Assembly (NCBI GenBank): GCA_937890985.1
Contig: CALAEM010000118.1
Coordinates: forward strand, 1,824 to 65,823
Length of the DNA: 64,000 bases
Source: an uncultured Treponema sp.
Lineage (GTDB): Bacteria; Spirochaetota; Spirochaetia; Treponematales; Treponemataceae
Direction of reading: 5' to 3'
How positions within the stretch are numbered: the first letter of the stretch is position 1; each line of letters begins with the position of its first letter. Positions 29,698-40,978 of the stretch are shown one piece after another. Position numbers and translations under genes: made by a program. The notes below the pieces were generated by a model. It saw only the letters and a list, made by a program, of their open reading frames with translations, did not search any database and was not told where the DNA came from.

Positions 29698-30117
29698 CTA
29701 TTCAGTGCGGATTTGCTCAGCAAATCTCGTTTTGAACGGCAATTTGCTTCCCGCCAAATGCATTGCGTCTGCAGCAATATCGCGTTCAACGCCACCCAGT
29801 TCAAACAACACAGTACCTGGTTTAACTACTGCTACCCAGTACTCTGGAGCACCCTTTCCCTTACCCATTCGAGTTTCAGCAGGCTTTTTGGAATAAGGTT
29901 TATCCGGAAAAACTCGAATCCAAACCTTTCCGCCACGCTTAATTCGTCGGTTGATAGCAACACGAGCTGCTTCAATCTGTCTATTTGTAAGCCAAAACGG
30001 TTCAAGTGAAACTAAAGCATATTCTCCAAAGTCAATGGAATTACAGCGAGTAGCTTCGCCTTTTATGCGTCCGCGTTGAACCTTTCTGTGTTTCACTCTT
30101 TTAGGACTTAAAGCCAT
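29698..30117 (-). CDS. rplP: 50S ribosomal protein L16
   Basis: [27 protein letters not shown]. Confidence 0.95.
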   Translation of the reverse strand: MALSPKRVKHRKVQRGRIKGEATRCNSIDFGEYALVSLEPFWLTNRQIEAARVAINRRIKRGGKVWIRVFPDKPYSKKPAETRMGKGKGAPEYWVAVVKPGTVLFELGGVERDIAADAMHLAGSKLPFKTRFAEQIRTE

Positions 30118-30126
30118 AATCTTCTC

Positions 30127-30840
30127 CTATTTTCCTTGTTCAGGACGCGGAGCACGAGGTTGCTTTTGTTTTTTCAAAAGCTGTCCTGCATCCTCACGAG
30201 TTTCATTTGTAAACTTAACGCCAGTATACAACCAAACCTTCACACCGATTTTGCCGTATGTTGTGTCAGCTTCGTCAAAGCCATAATCAATATCAGCTCG
30301 CAAAGTATGAAGAGGAGTTCTACCTTCCTTCATTTCTTCCGTCCTCGACATATCGGCACCGCCCAAACGTCCAGACAATCGGATCTTAATTCCTTCACCG
30401 CCGGAACGCATTGTGTTGTGGATCGCCTGCTTCAAAACACGTCTAAAAGCCGCACGTCCTTCCAACTGTCGAGCAACACTCTGAGCCACAAGATTCGCAT
30501 TCAGCTCAGGTCGTTTCACTTCCTTCACCTTAATTTGAATCTTTTTCACAAACTTTTTCTGCAACTCCTGGCTGATTTTTTCGATATTTGCACCCTTTGT
30601 ACCAATAATAACGCCAGGGCGTGCAGTATGCACAATAACCGTTACTCGCTGCGGATGACGCGTAATTTCAATATCGGCGATTTCAGCACTCTTTGCTTCG
30701 GGCATCGTTTTGATAAGCTTTTTAATACGCAAATCTTCATGCAGAAGCTCTGGATATCGTTTCGGGTCTGCATACCAATGCGATGACCAAGTTTTGTTAA
30801 TTCCCAATCGCAAACCGATCGGGTTTACTTTCTGACCCAT
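30127..30840 (-). CDS. rpsC: 30S ribosomal protein S3
   Basis: [23 protein letters not shown]. It has a basic C-terminal tail. Confidence 0.95.
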   Translation of the reverse strand: MGQKVNPIGLRLGINKTWSSHWYADPKRYPELLHEDLRIKKLIKTMPEAKSAEIADIEITRHPQRVTVIVHTARPGVIIGTKGANIEKISQELQKKFVKKIQIKVKEVKRPELNANLVAQSVARQLEGRAAFRRVLKQAIHNTMRSGGEGIKIRLSGRLGGADMSRTEEMKEGRTPLHTLRADIDYGFDEADTTYGKIGVKVWLYTGVKFTNETREDAGQLLKKQKQPRAPRPEQGK

Positions 30841-31193
30841 TATTCACCATCCTTTTTGTTCAAGACAACAGTAATGTGACACATACGCTTTAACTGCACG
30901 TCAGCACGCCCGCGTGCTCGACACCAAATACGTCGTAGCCGCGGTCCCTCGTCAATCATTACATCTTTCACAAACATCATATCTTCGTCCAAATTTTTAT
31001 CTTCATTCAGTGCATTCGAAACCGCAGACTTCATCGTCCTAGAGATCAACCGCGCACCCTTATTCGGAGTGTTCTCCAAAATTGCCATCGCTTCGGTATA
31101 GGACTTCGACTTCACGATATTTGCAACTGGTCGAACCTTGGTTGGAGAAGCAATCAAAAACTTGGTTACACTTCTATAATCTTTTTTTGCCAT
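30840..31193 (-). CDS. rplV: 50S ribosomal protein L22
   Basis: 117 aa. [30 protein letters not shown]. Confidence 0.95.
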   Translation of the reverse strand: MAKKDYRSVTKFLIASPTKVRPVANIVKSKSYTEAMAILENTPNKGARLISRTMKSAVSNALNEDKNLDEDMMFVKDVMIDEGPRLRRIWCRARGRADVQLKRMCHITVVLNKKDGE

Positions 31194-31200
31194 AGTTCAC

Positions 31201-31482
31201 CTACTTCTTTGCGGCCTTTGCGTCTGATTTCGCATGCCCTTTAAAAACTCGTGTCGGTGCAAATTCGCCCAATTTATGTCCGACTAAGTTTTCGGTTACA
31301 TAAACCGGAATCCAAGACTTACCATTGTGGACGGAAATCGTCGCACCAACCATCTCTGGAATAATCGTTGAACAGCGAGAATAGGTTTTAATCATCGTTT
31401 TCTTGCCCGACTTGCTCATAGCCGTTACTTTCTTGTATAAAGACTTTTCGATAAAAGGTCCTTTTTTAACTGATCTTGACAC
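31201..31482 (-). CDS. rpsS: 30S ribosomal protein S19
   Basis: The start was moved to the GTG at 31482, which is preceded by GGTGGAGG with 5 nt spacing. The protein begins [10 protein letters not shown]. The track start at 31494 lies inside the SD. Confidence 0.9.
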   Translation of the reverse strand: MSRSVKKGPFIEKSLYKKVTAMSKSGKKTMIKTYSRCSTIIPEMVGATISVHNGKSWIPVYVTENLVGHKLGEFAPTRVFKGHAKSDAKAAKK

Positions 31483-31494
31483 GTTATCCTCCAC

Positions 31495-32319
31495 CTATTT
31501 CTTCTTTCGCGAAACGATAAAACTGCTAGATGGCTTTCGCTTCTTGCGAGTTTTATACCCTTTACACGGCTGTCCCCAAGGAGTTACTGGATTTCGCCCC
31601 TTACCAACACCTTCACCACCACCAAGCGGGTGATCAACTGGGTTCATCGCCATACCGCGAACCTTCGGTCTAATACCACGCCATCGTGAACGGCCTGCTT
31701 TTCCGAGAGCTTCGTTCATGTGGTCGTCATTGCCAACTTCGCCAATTGTTGCATAGCACTTCTTATGCACCATGCGAGTTTCACCAGATGGCAGACGCAA
31801 AATAACATATTCGCCTTCTTTTGCAGCGATGAGAGCCTTTGTTCCCGCCGAACGAGCCATCTGCCCGCCACGTCCCAAACGCAACTCGATATTATGCACG
31901 GTAAAACCGACAGGAATTGCTTCCAACGGTAACGAGTTTGCAACGTCCAAACCAGCATTTTCGCCACTCATTATATTTTGACCAACACGTAAACCCTTCG
32001 GAGCCAAAATGTAACGTTTTTCACCGTCAGCGTAAAAAACCAACGCTATATTTGCACTTCGGTTTGGGTCATACTCAATTGTATGAATCGTTCCCGGAAT
32101 GCCGTGCTTATTTCTCTTAAAGTCAATCTTTCGATACTTTCGCTTATGACCGCCGCCTTGTCCACGTACGCTAATTCGTCCGAACGTGTCACGTCCAGCA
32201 TTGGATTTTTTTCCAGTCGTCAAAGACTTTTCTGGCTTGTTGTACGTAACCTCAGTTTTGAGAACATCAATCCTGCCGCGTAAGCTGCTGGTCGTCGGTT
32301 TATATTCTTTTAGAGCCAT
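31495..32319 (-). CDS. rplB: 50S ribosomal protein L2
   Basis: The start was moved to [21 protein letters not shown] and HPLGGGEG motifs. Confidence 0.95.
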   Translation of the reverse strand: MALKEYKPTTSSLRGRIDVLKTEVTYNKPEKSLTTGKKSNAGRDTFGRISVRGQGGGHKRKYRKIDFKRNKHGIPGTIHTIEYDPNRSANIALVFYADGEKRYILAPKGLRVGQNIMSGENAGLDVANSLPLEAIPVGFTVHNIELRLGRGGQMARSAGTKALIAAKEGEYVILRLPSGETRMVHKKCYATIGEVGNDDHMNEALGKAGRSRWRGIRPKVRGMAMNPVDHPLGGGEGVGKGRNPVTPWGQPCKGYKTRKKRKPSSSFIVSRKKK

Positions 32320-32358
32320 ATTCTCTTTCCTCTTCACATTCGTTTAAGCAATAAGCAC

Positions 32359-32643
32359 TTAAACGCCCTCAAAAATCTTAATCGTTTCGCCTTCAGCCAA
32401 TTTTACAATAGCTTTCTTCCATGAAGATGTCATACCCGCCTTGTATCGGAGACGCTTCGGCTTACCATTAACATTCATCACCGTGCAATCAACCACTTTT
32501 ACGTTAAAGAGACGACGCACAGCCTCTTTAATTTGAATTTTTGTAGCTTTCGGATTAACCTTAAAGATGTATTTACCTTCTTCGCGAAGATACGTCCCTT
32601 TTTCGGTAATCAACGGAGCTAAAATCACATCCGTATATTCCAT
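32359..32643 (-). CDS. rplW: 50S ribosomal protein L23
   Basis: 94 aa. ILAPLITEKGT..KKAIVKL. Confidence 0.9.
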   Translation of the reverse strand: MEYTDVILAPLITEKGTYLREEGKYIFKVNPKATKIQIKEAVRRLFNVKVVDCTVMNVNGKPKRLRYKAGMTSSWKKAIVKLAEGETIKIFEGV

Positions 32644-33285
32644 TTATTTTGTTCTCCTTTCTGCAAAAGAGCCAAAAAATTCCGCCAGCTTTTTTGTTGC
32701 AGATTCCAAAACCAAAACCTTTCGACCATAGAAAAGCGTGTGTGCTTCCAAACGGTCATAATTTAACAGTGAAAGATTCGGTATATTTCGTGCAGCACGT
32801 TTAATCATCTGATCATCATTATGAATGATAAGCACTGCCCGTTCATCTTTAGCAAAATTATTCACAATTTGAGCCAAATTTTTTGTTTTGCCATCCGAGC
32901 TAAAATCAGACAGAACAACAAGGCGGTTCTCAACTACCTTTTTACTTAAAATCGACTTCATAGCAAGCCGCTTTGCTTTTTTCGGCATTGCATAGCTGAA
33001 ATCACGCGGTTTCGGTCCAAATATTGTACCGCCTCCCACTGTAATCGGCGATTTTTTATCACCACGTCTTGCTCGACCAGTACCCTTCTGCTTATACGGC
33101 TTTGCATTCGAACCGTGAACTTCACCTCGATCTTTTGTGCAAGCTGTTCCGAGACGGCGGTTTGCTAACTCGTTGGTAACAGCATAATAAATAACATCAT
33201 CGTTTACCGGTAAACCGAATACAGCGTCGTCAAGCTCAACGGTGCCGGTTTCTTTGCCGTCGATGGAATAGAGTTTTGTTTGCAT
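32644..33285 (-). CDS. rplD: 50S ribosomal protein L4
   Basis: 213 aa. KPYKQKGTGRARRGD..GGGTIFGPKPRDF. Confidence 0.95.
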   Translation of the reverse strand: MQTKLYSIDGKETGTVELDDAVFGLPVNDDVIYYAVTNELANRRLGTACTKDRGEVHGSNAKPYKQKGTGRARRGDKKSPITVGGGTIFGPKPRDFSYAMPKKAKRLAMKSILSKKVVENRLVVLSDFSSDGKTKNLAQIVNNFAKDERAVLIIHNDDQMIKRAARNIPNLSLLNYDRLEAHTLFYGRKVLVLESATKKLAEFFGSFAERRTK

Positions 33286-33298
33286 AACTATCGTTCTC

Positions 33299-33925
33299 CT
33301 ATCTTAATTTCTTAACGGCTGACTTGATATACACCGTGGCGTTTTTTTTGCCCGGAACTGCTCCAGAAACCATCACAACACCAAGTTCTTTGTCAACTTT
33401 CACAATCTTCAAATTTTGAACGGTAACGCGTTCAAAACCCATTCTACCAGGCATCGTCGAATTTTTGAACGAACGCCCTGGGCTGGTACACTGACCTGTC
33501 GAACCTGCTACACGGTGAAATTTTGAGCCGTGAGCAGACGGGCCGCCTGCATAACCATGACGCTTCATAACACCTTGAAAACCCTTACCTTTAGATAAGG
33601 CAGTTACATCAATGTAACGCTCGCTTTCCAAAAGTTCAACGCCAATTTTGTCGCCAACAGCAACTTCCTTACTAAAATCACGGAATTCATGCTTGTATTG
33701 TACTGGTTTTACGCCTTCAGCATATAAACCTGCTTCCGGCTTTGTCACCAACTGGACTTTTCTCTCACCTGAACCCAAAAGAACAGCCGAATATCCGAAT
33801 TTTTCCTTTGTCTTAGTTTGAAGAACGACATTTGAACCAACTTCGATAACCGTAACTGGCGTCAATTTTCCAGACGTATCAAAAACCTGTGTCATTCCGA
33901 CTTTTTTTCCAATAAGACCAATCAT
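33299..33925 (-). CDS. rplC: 50S ribosomal protein L3
   Basis: MIGLIGKKVGMTQVF..SKGKGFQGVMKRH. Confidence 0.95.
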   Translation of the reverse strand: MIGLIGKKVGMTQVFDTSGKLTPVTVIEVGSNVVLQTKTKEKFGYSAVLLGSGERKVQLVTKPEAGLYAEGVKPVQYKHEFRDFSKEVAVGDKIGVELLESERYIDVTALSKGKGFQGVMKRHGYAGGPSAHGSKFHRVAGSTGQCTSPGRSFKNSTMPGRMGFERVTVQNLKIVKVDKELGVVMVSGAVPGKKNATVYIKSAVKKLR

Positions 33926-33971
33926 CTTTTACTCCTCGGTACGCACTCCTGAAAGCCGTCTACCGCAATCG

Positions 33972-34280
33972 TTATTGTTTTATTTCAACATCTACGCCAG
34001 CTGAAAGCTCTAATGCCATCAAAGCATTCATTACATCACCTGACGGTTCCAAAATATCAATCAATCGTTTGTGCGTTCGCATTTCGAACTGCTCTCGAGA
34101 CTTTTTATTTACAAAAGGCGAACGAAGAACAGTAAACTTGTTAATGCGTGTCGGAAGCGGAATCGGTCCGCAAACTTTCGCACCGGCTTTCTGCACAGCC
34201 TGCACAATAGATTGAGCGCTCTGGTCAACCAACTTTACATCAAATCCACGAAGCTTCACGCGAATTTTATTTTCTGCCAT
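33972..34280 (-). CDS. rpsJ: 30S ribosomal protein S10
   Basis: [46 protein letters not shown]. Confidence 0.95.
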   Translation of the reverse strand: MAENKIRVKLRGFDVKLVDQSAQSIVQAVQKAGAKVCGPIPLPTRINKFTVLRSPFVNKKSREQFEMRTHKRLIDILEPSGDVMNALMALELSAGVDVEIKQ

Positions 34281-34326
34281 AATTTCTCCAAAAGCGGCAA
34301 AGCAAAAGCCCTGCCGCCGTTTATCC

Positions 34327-35514
34327 TTATTCGATAATCTTAGTTACCTGACCGCTAGCGATAGTGCGTCCACCTTCGCGAATAGCTAATTTCAAACCTT
34401 GGTTCAAAGCAATCGGGTGGATAAGCTCACCGATAATCGTCGTGTTATCGCCCGGCTTTACCATCTCAACACCTTCTGGCAACGAAACCTTTCCAGTAAT
34501 ATCAGTTGTTCGGAAATAGAACTGTGGGCTGTAACCAGTGCGGAATACGCTGTGGCGTCCGCCTTCATCAGCAGTGAGAACGTAAATTTGAGCTTCAAAC
34601 TTGGTGTGAGGCTGGATTGAACCCGGCTTTGCCAAAACTTGTCCTCGCTCAACTTCTTTCTTGTCAACACCGCGGAGCAACAAACCAACGTTATCACCTG
34701 CAACACCTTGGTCAAGGAGTTTGTTGAACATTTCGATACCTGTAACAACAGTTTTCTTAGTCGGTCGAATACCAACAATTTCAACTTCTTCGTTCATGTT
34801 GATAACACCAGTTTCAATTCGTCCAGTAACAACAGTACCGCGTCCCGAAATCGTGAAAATGTCTTCAATAGGGAGCAAGAACGGTTTTGCATCATCACGA
34901 ACTGGATCCTTGAAGTATGAGTCCATAGTTTTAAGCAATTCTTCAATGCAAGCAGTGTCTTCAGCTGGAGCATTTTCCTGCAACGCCTTGAAAGCAGAAC
35001 CTTTGATAATCGGTGTATCGCGCGGGAACCCGTAAGACTCCAAAGCATCGCGGATTTCTTCTTCAACCAACTCCAAAAGCTCAGGGTCATCAACAAGGTC
35101 AACCTTGTTCAAGAACACAATAATAGAAGGAACACCAACCTGGCGAGCCAAAAGCAAGTGCTCTTTTGTCTGCGGCATAACACCGTCCGGTGCAGAAACA
35201 ACAAGAATAGCACCATCCATCTGAGCAGCACCAGTGATCATGTTCTTAACATAGTCAGCGTGCCCCGGGCAGTCAATGTGTGCATAGTGACGTGCATCAG
35301 ACTGATACTCCAAGTGTCGGGTATTGATAGTAATACCGCGTGCTTTTTCTTCCGGTGCGTTGTCAATTTCGTCATATCTTAGCACTTTGTCATTGTATTT
35401 TTTTGCACAATATGCGGTAATTGCCGCCGAAAGCGTAGTTTTACCATGGTCAACGTGTCCGATGGTACCGACATTCATGTGAACTTTCGTTCTGTTGAAT
35501 TTTTCCTTTGCCAT
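34327..35514 (-). CDS. tuf: Elongation factor Tu
   Basis: 395 aa. [18 protein letters not shown] and NKVD motifs. Confidence 0.97.
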   Translation of the reverse strand: MAKEKFNRTKVHMNVGTIGHVDHGKTTLSAAITAYCAKKYNDKVLRYDEIDNAPEEKARGITINTRHLEYQSDARHYAHIDCPGHADYVKNMITGAAQMDGAILVVSAPDGVMPQTKEHLLLARQVGVPSIIVFLNKVDLVDDPELLELVEEEIRDALESYGFPRDTPIIKGSAFKALQENAPAEDTACIEELLKTMDSYFKDPVRDDAKPFLLPIEDIFTISGRGTVVTGRIETGVINMNEEVEIVGIRPTKKTVVTGIEMFNKLLDQGVAGDNVGLLLRGVDKKEVERGQVLAKPGSIQPHTKFEAQIYVLTADEGGRHSVFRTGYSPQFYFRTTDITGKVSLPEGVEMVKPGDNTTIIGELIHPIALNQGLKLAIREGGRTIASGQVTKIIE

Positions 35515-36045
35515 TTAAATCCTCCTGACAGATTAGGCATTTTTTCGCCAAACGACGAATCTAAAGCACAACGTGCTTTTGCTTTTCAAAACAGTGCTAA
35601 AACACCGTCTCAAAAATACAAACGCCGACTCCAATAAAACAAATTCAAATTTTTATCGAAAAGTCGGTTCATTTGCAAAAGTTATTTCTCGGCACCGAGA
35701 AAAAACACAAATAGCCAAGGAACTAAAGATTATAATAGGAAAAGCAACTAAAGAGAATACGAACAATAACCGCTCATAGGTTTTCGAGCAGTTTCGGATC
35801 CACCTAATCACCACCAAAAATCATTAGTTTCGATGACTGGTTTGGCATCCTTAAAGAAGTCCATCCTTGAGGTGTAACCTGCAAAAGCTTTACGATTACA
35901 CAGAACTTCACAAGATACCGGGCATTCGCCCTCGTTTTGGCAATACTACCAGATTACGCAAAAAAAGTCAAGCCTTTTTTAAAATAAACTCAATCTTTTT
36001 TGGAATATATGTAACCAAAGCTCAGGTTTATCAATGGCTGAAACC

Positions 36046-36153
36046 ACTTTTAAGCTTGGACGTAACACGAGAAAGCATCGGCACACGTAGGACGCATTAA
36101 AATCCTTTTCGGATTTTGATGCGTCCCGTGGATAAGTATTCGGTTTAATGATA
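36046..36153 (-). repeat. Nested-palindrome intergenic repeat (reverse orientation, diverged)
   Basis: The reverse complement reads CATTAAACCGAATACTTATCCACGG, then hairpin GACGCATCAAAATCC-GAAAA-GGATTTTAATGCGTC (36091-36125, one G-T pair on the plus strand), then CTACGTGTGCCGATGCTTTCT. Confidence 0.7.
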
Positions 36154-36217
36154 CTTAATTGGACGACGAGATTCGCACAGCCTTGACAAAAATATAGAAG
36201 CAAAGTAGACTGCAAAA

Positions 36218-37330
36218 ATGCGAACTGACGATTTTGATTTTTCTTTGCCAGAGGAGTTGATTGCGCAGGCTCCTTCGAAGGTGCGAGGAGAGGATAGGCT
36301 TTTGTTGCTTGACGCGAAAACTGGCGGATTTACCGATAAGCTTTTTTCCGACTTTCCCGACTTGATAAGCCCCGATACGCTTTTGGTGTTTAATAACTCG
36401 AAGGTGAGGAAGGCTCGAACCTTTGCCGAAAAAGCCGATACGGGTGCGAAAACTGAGTTTTTGTTTTTGCAGTCTTTTGAGGGCGGGCGTGTTTGGAAAG
36501 TTTTGACAAAGCGTGGAAAACGCAGGCATGCTGGTGATGTTTATCGTTTCGCGGACGGCACTTTGTGCAAAATCACGGAGCCTGAAAATGCCGCGTCAGC
36601 GAACGCATCCGAGGTGCCTTTTGCATCTGGCGGCGGTGCAGCGGAACATGAAGACGGCTCATACGAAGCGGGTATAAAATTTTTGCGTTTTGACACGCCG
36701 CTTTCGGATAGTTGGTTCGATGCAAATGGGCATATTCCGCTACCGCCTTATATCAAGCGTGATGACAATGCGGATGATGCACAGCGGTATCAAAACGTGT
36801 ACGCCGACCAAGTCGGCTCGGTAGCCTGTCCGACGGCAGGTTTGCATTTTACTGAAGAGCTTTTGTCACGGCTGGACGAAAAGCGTATTCAGCATTTGAC
36901 GATTACGCTGCACGTCGGGCTTGGAACGTTTTTGCCAGTACGCACAGAAAACGTTGAAGACCACACAATGCACTTTGAGGATTTTTTTATTTCCGATGAA
37001 GTTGCTGGCAAAATCGAGGCACATAAAGCAGCTGGAAAGCCTGTTCTCGCAGTCGGGACAACTTCTTTGCGGGCGTTGGAGGGAGCAGCTGCGGACTGTG
37101 CGGACGGTAAGCTCAAGCGAGGCTGGCAGTCCAGCAATATTTTTATTTATCCGCCTTATCGGTTCAAAGTTGTCGATAAGCTACTGACAAACTTTCACAC
37201 GCCGAAATCGACTTTGTTGATGTTGGTGTCAGCTCTTGCTGGACGAGATAATATTTTGCGGGCGTATAATCACGCGGTAGCCGAGCGGTATAAGTTTTTT
37301 TCGTACGGTGATGCGATGCTAATTTTATAA
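36218..37330 (+). CDS. queA: S-adenosylmethionine:tRNA ribosyltransferase-isomerase
   Basis: 370 aa. N-terminus DFDFSLPEELIAQAP. Motifs LPPYI, TAGLHFT and TNFHTPKSTLLMLV. Confidence 0.9.
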   Translation: MRTDDFDFSLPEELIAQAPSKVRGEDRLLLLDAKTGGFTDKLFSDFPDLISPDTLLVFNNSKVRKARTFAEKADTGAKTEFLFLQSFEGGRVWKVLTKRGKRRHAGDVYRFADGTLCKITEPENAASANASEVPFASGGGAAEHEDGSYEAGIKFLRFDTPLSDSWFDANGHIPLPPYIKRDDNADDAQRYQNVYADQVGSVACPTAGLHFTEELLSRLDEKRIQHLTITLHVGLGTFLPVRTENVEDHTMHFEDFFISDEVAGKIEAHKAAGKPVLAVGTTSLRALEGAAADCADGKLKRGWQSSNIFIYPPYRFKVVDKLLTNFHTPKSTLLMLVSALAGRDNILRAYNHAVAERYKFFSYGDAMLIL

Positions 37331-37374
37331 ATTCGGTATTTAAAAATTTCGTAAAATTTGGTATACTGTCGGCT

Positions 37375-37920
37375 ATGGATACGTTTTTTTCTCTACTCGC
37401 CCATTTAATTGGCATATATTCTTTTTTGTGTTTGATACGGATTGTTATTTCTTATTTTCCGCAAATGCAAAATAATCGTGCGGCAGATTTTTTGGCAAGT
37501 ATCTGCGACCCATTTTTTTCATTGTTTCGATTTTCGTTTTCCAAAATTGGAGCTTTTGATTTATCGGCATTTTTCGCTATCGCCGCTTTATATATCGCAC
37601 AGAAAGTGTTTCACACGCTTTCGTTAAAAAAAGACTTCAACGCCTTTTCAATCATCACGATTTTACTGAGTGTCTCATTTTCCATCGCCGACTCCCTTTT
37701 AACGTTTCTATTGATTGTATTGATTTTTCGCTTTATTTTGGAAATCACAGGCAAATCATACAATTCAGTTTACACCGACGCAATCGATTCTGTTTTAACT
37801 CCATTGTACAATCTCGCAAATCGGCTAACTGGCAACAGTTACATTGCATCACTTGTTGTGTTGGCAGTAGGTTCGATTGTGCTTAAAATAATTATCTTCA
37901 TAATATTGATGCAGTTATAA
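37375..37920 (+). CDS. YggT family membrane protein
   Basis: 181 aa, multi-TM. YggT-like segments LIRIVISYFP, ICDPFFSLFR and GAFDLSAF. Confidence 0.7.
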   Translation: MDTFFSLLAHLIGIYSFLCLIRIVISYFPQMQNNRAADFLASICDPFFSLFRFSFSKIGAFDLSAFFAIAALYIAQKVFHTLSLKKDFNAFSIITILLSVSFSIADSLLTFLLIVLIFRFILEITGKSYNSVYTDAIDSVLTPLYNLANRLTGNSYIASLVVLAVGSIVLKIIIFIILMQL

Positions 37921-38042
37921 AATAAGCGATTTCCAATAGTTTTTGAGAATCTTTGCGAAGTCGCCTTTTAGCAAGTTTCCTGTAAAATTATTTTTTTCGT
38001 TGCCGATAATTCAATCGTATGATTGTCAAAAGTGGAGATTTT

Positions 38043-40913
38043 ATGAAAAAAATACTGGGACTGTGGCTAAGTATAACGGTGCTGTTTTTTGCTTGCAAAA
38101 CGGCTTCAACGTATATCGGCGGAAACGACCTTTTTTTGCTGGTTGAAACCGGCAATCTTGAGGAGCTAAAAACCTACGATGTAAGCGAATTATCGGGTAC
38201 AAACGCGGAAGGTTTGACATTGCTGCATGCGGCTGCGATGTATAACCGTCCTGCGATTGCAGAGTACTTAATTGAGAAAGGCTTGGCGATTGAAGCTGTG
38301 GATAACTACGCCCGTACGCCTTTGCTTTTGGGAATGTATGGCGACAGTTTTGATGCTTGTGATGTTTTAACTAAACACGGTGCAAAGATTTTTGCAGCCG
38401 ACTTCGACCGAAACACTCCTTTCAGCTATTCGGTTGCAAACAACAGTTACACGCATCTTTTAACCAAGGACAATGTTTACCAAAAGGATGCAAATAATGC
38501 AACGCCGCTCCATCACGCGGTGCGGCTAAAGAATCGAAAATTGGTTGCTTTTATTTTGACCCTCGGAAAAGCAACAACCGAAAAAGACAAGTCTGGTAAA
38601 ACGCCGATGGAGCTTGCGTACGAAACTATTTCCGACAAAGATTCTGTTGAAATCGCCGTGGATATTTTACTCGCAGGCGGAACTCCTGTCAACGGCGAGT
38701 ATTCTCAGTTTGAAACTGCGGCGTTACGTAGAAACTTCGGTATGCGTTTTGACGACGGAAATACGCCGCTTCACATTGCAGCCCGAAAAGGACAAAAAGG
38801 AATCGCAGAGTTTTTAATTTCTAAAAACGTCGTCATTGACGCAAAAAATATCGCGAATTCAACGGCATTGCATGAAGCGGTTCGAAACGGCAATGATGAT
38901 ATTGCTTTGATGCTTTTGCGTGCAAAGGCTAATCCCAATTCTTGCGATGCAAACGGAAACACCGCTCTCCACTTAGTTATGCCAGAAGCAAAACGCTCGG
39001 TTCTCTTTGAGCAGCTTTTAAAATATGGAGCTGACGTGAACGCACAAGATAACTATGGTGAAACGGCAGTGCATATCGCTGCACGAATCGGTATGGGTGC
39101 GGATATTATCCAGAAGCTAGTTGACGCTGGGGCTGACCCGAACGAACGCAACAAAAAGGGGCAAACGCCTTTGATGCTTGCCGTTGAGCGTAATCAGTTG
39201 GAGCAAGCCAAGGTGTTTATCCGATTGGGGGCGAACATTCACGACCAAGACAACGACGGTATAAGCTCTTTTATGCGTGCAATCGATTTGGGGCTCGATG
39301 CGGTAAAGCTAATGGTAAACAAAAAAAATATCGCAGTGCGTGATAGCTTGGGACGAACGCCACTGCACATTGCCGTCATAAAAAATTCCAGTTTGGATAT
39401 TATCAGTTATCTTTTGGGCGAAGGCTCGGAAATAAATACGCGCGACAAAGACGGCAATAGTCCTTTGCACGTTGCCGTGCAGAATAATTACAAAGACAGC
39501 GGCTTGATTTTAATTTCAAACGGTGCAGATATTTTTTTAACTAATAACGCAGGCGAATCTCCTTTGCGACTAAGTTACAATTTGAATTCTGGACGGGAAG
39601 ACTGGCTCATCAGTAAAAAAACGATTGCAAGCAAAGATGCCACGGGTAACACTCCGCTTCACTTGGCAGCCGAGTGGAACAATCCAAAAATGATTGTTTA
39701 TCTTTTGGACAAAGGTGCCGACATTAACGCAAAAAACGACACTGGCGAAACGCCATTTTTCAGCTCGATGAAAGGAAACAGTCCAGCTTGCATTGACGCA
39801 CTTTTGAATTACCCAAACTCGCGTATCGATATTGCATCGAGGGATTTTTTAGGTAACTGTGTTTTGCACACTGCAGTTCAATGGTCGTCCTACGAAGCTG
39901 CAACCAAAGTGATTTCACTCACAAACGGTGCCTCTTTGGTGCAGGCTCGAAACCTTTCGGGGAAAACCGCTTTGCACATCGCGGCGGCACAAGGCAGCTT
40001 GCGGTTTATCCGTATGCTTCTTGGTTACGGTCTTGATGTCAACGAAACCGATGAACTCGGACGCAGTGCATTAGTGTACGCGATAAACGGCAACAAAATC
40101 GAAGCCGTGAAGTTTTTGCTTGCACAAAACGCCTCACCGCTGCAGCAAGATATGTACGGTCAAACTCCGATGCATTTTGCCGTCGAAACTAAAAACACCG
40201 AATGCGTACAGATTTTGCAGGCGGCAGGTGCAAACGCAATGGCGAAAGACACATACGGAGAAACGCCGCTATCGCTTGCAATGAAACAATCGCAAGCAAT
40301 GGTTTCCGCCGTTTTGGGAAAAAATAAAATCCTGCAAAACAGCGACGGCGAAAGCCCCCTCCACGTTGCAGTTATCGAAAACGCAAGTGTCGAAAAGTTT
40401 AACTTTTTACTCACGCAGGGCTATCAAGTCAACAAGCGAAACAAGGATGGCAACACAGCTTTGCTGCTTGCAGTGCAGCTAAACCGCTCCGAGCTCATTC
40501 CAGTGCTTTTGTCTCACGGTGCAGATGCCTTCATCTCGAATTATGTCGGCATTTCGCCTCTGACACTGGTACTCACTGGACGCACAGAATACTTGCAAAA
40601 CTTTTCAACAGCACTTCGTAACACAAGCGACGCAATGGGCGACACAATTTTGCACTATGCAGCAAGGCTTTCAACCGCCGACGTGGTGCGAGCATTGCTC
40701 AACGCAGGTCACCAAAAAGACGCACGCAACCTCGAAGGGCAAACGCCACTCGATATGGCACGACGCTGGGAAAAAACCGACATCGAAAACATACTCGCAG
40801 GCTACAACGCCGCTCCGACTGAGCCAGCCAAACCAGAAACAAAAGCCGAAGCCGCAGAAAAAGCCTCGGCAGAATCAAGCCCAAAACCAATTTCAGCTCC
40901 AGACGGACAATAA
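38043..40913 (+). CDS. Ankyrin-repeat lipoprotein (about 26 repeats)
   Basis: The start was moved to MKKILGLWLSITVLFFAC (lipobox-like). About 26 recurrences of the G-x-TPLH-x-A..G..(D/E)....LL..GA ankyrin consensus. The C-terminus is a Pro/Ala/Lys/Glu-rich tail. Confidence 0.85.
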   Translation: MKKILGLWLSITVLFFACKTASTYIGGNDLFLLVETGNLEELKTYDVSELSGTNAEGLTLLHAAAMYNRPAIAEYLIEKGLAIEAVDNYARTPLLLGMYGDSFDACDVLTKHGAKIFAADFDRNTPFSYSVANNSYTHLLTKDNVYQKDANNATPLHHAVRLKNRKLVAFILTLGKATTEKDKSGKTPMELAYETISDKDSVEIAVDILLAGGTPVNGEYSQFETAALRRNFGMRFDDGNTPLHIAARKGQKGIAEFLISKNVVIDAKNIANSTALHEAVRNGNDDIALMLLRAKANPNSCDANGNTALHLVMPEAKRSVLFEQLLKYGADVNAQDNYGETAVHIAARIGMGADIIQKLVDAGADPNERNKKGQTPLMLAVERNQLEQAKVFIRLGANIHDQDNDGISSFMRAIDLGLDAVKLMVNKKNIAVRDSLGRTPLHIAVIKNSSLDIISYLLGEGSEINTRDKDGNSPLHVAVQNNYKDSGLILISNGADIFLTNNAGESPLRLSYNLNSGREDWLISKKTIASKDATGNTPLHLAAEWNNPKMIVYLLDKGADINAKNDTGETPFFSSMKGNSPACIDALLNYPNSRIDIASRDFLGNCVLHTAVQWSSYEAATKVISLTNGASLVQARNLSGKTALHIAAAQGSLRFIRMLLGYGLDVNETDELGRSALVYAINGNKIEAVKFLLAQNASPLQQDMYGQTPMHFAVETKNTECVQILQAAGANAMAKDTYGETPLSLAMKQSQAMVSAVLGKNKILQNSDGESPLHVAVIENASVEKFNFLLTQGYQVNKRNKDGNTALLLAVQLNRSELIPVLLSHGADAFISNYVGISPLTLVLTGRTEYLQNFSTALRNTSDAMGDTILHYAARLSTADVVRALLNAGHQKDARNLEGQTPLDMARRWEKTDIENILAGYNAAPTEPAKPETKAEAAEKASAESSPKPISAPDGQ

Positions 40914-40978
40914 AGCATTTCAGTTATTTTTAATCTTTTAACCAAAGATTTTTGCGGAAAACGCACATCGGGTGCCTC

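Noticed and set aside
29204-29896. A 230 aa plus-strand ORF across rpsQ, rpmC and rplP. Similar long antisense ORFs occur elsewhere, for example 30136-30786, 21998-22438 and 25910-26275.
   Set aside because: They lie antisense to highly conserved ribosomal protein genes. Their composition is low-complexity or biased, and they have no ribosome-binding sites. They are typical shadow ORFs.
35760-35960. A candidate structured RNA (SRP, 6S, tmRNA or RNase P) in the tuf-queA spacer.
   Set aside because: I could not match any conserved motif of these RNAs by eye. The region is kept only as an unexplained non-coding region in the findings.
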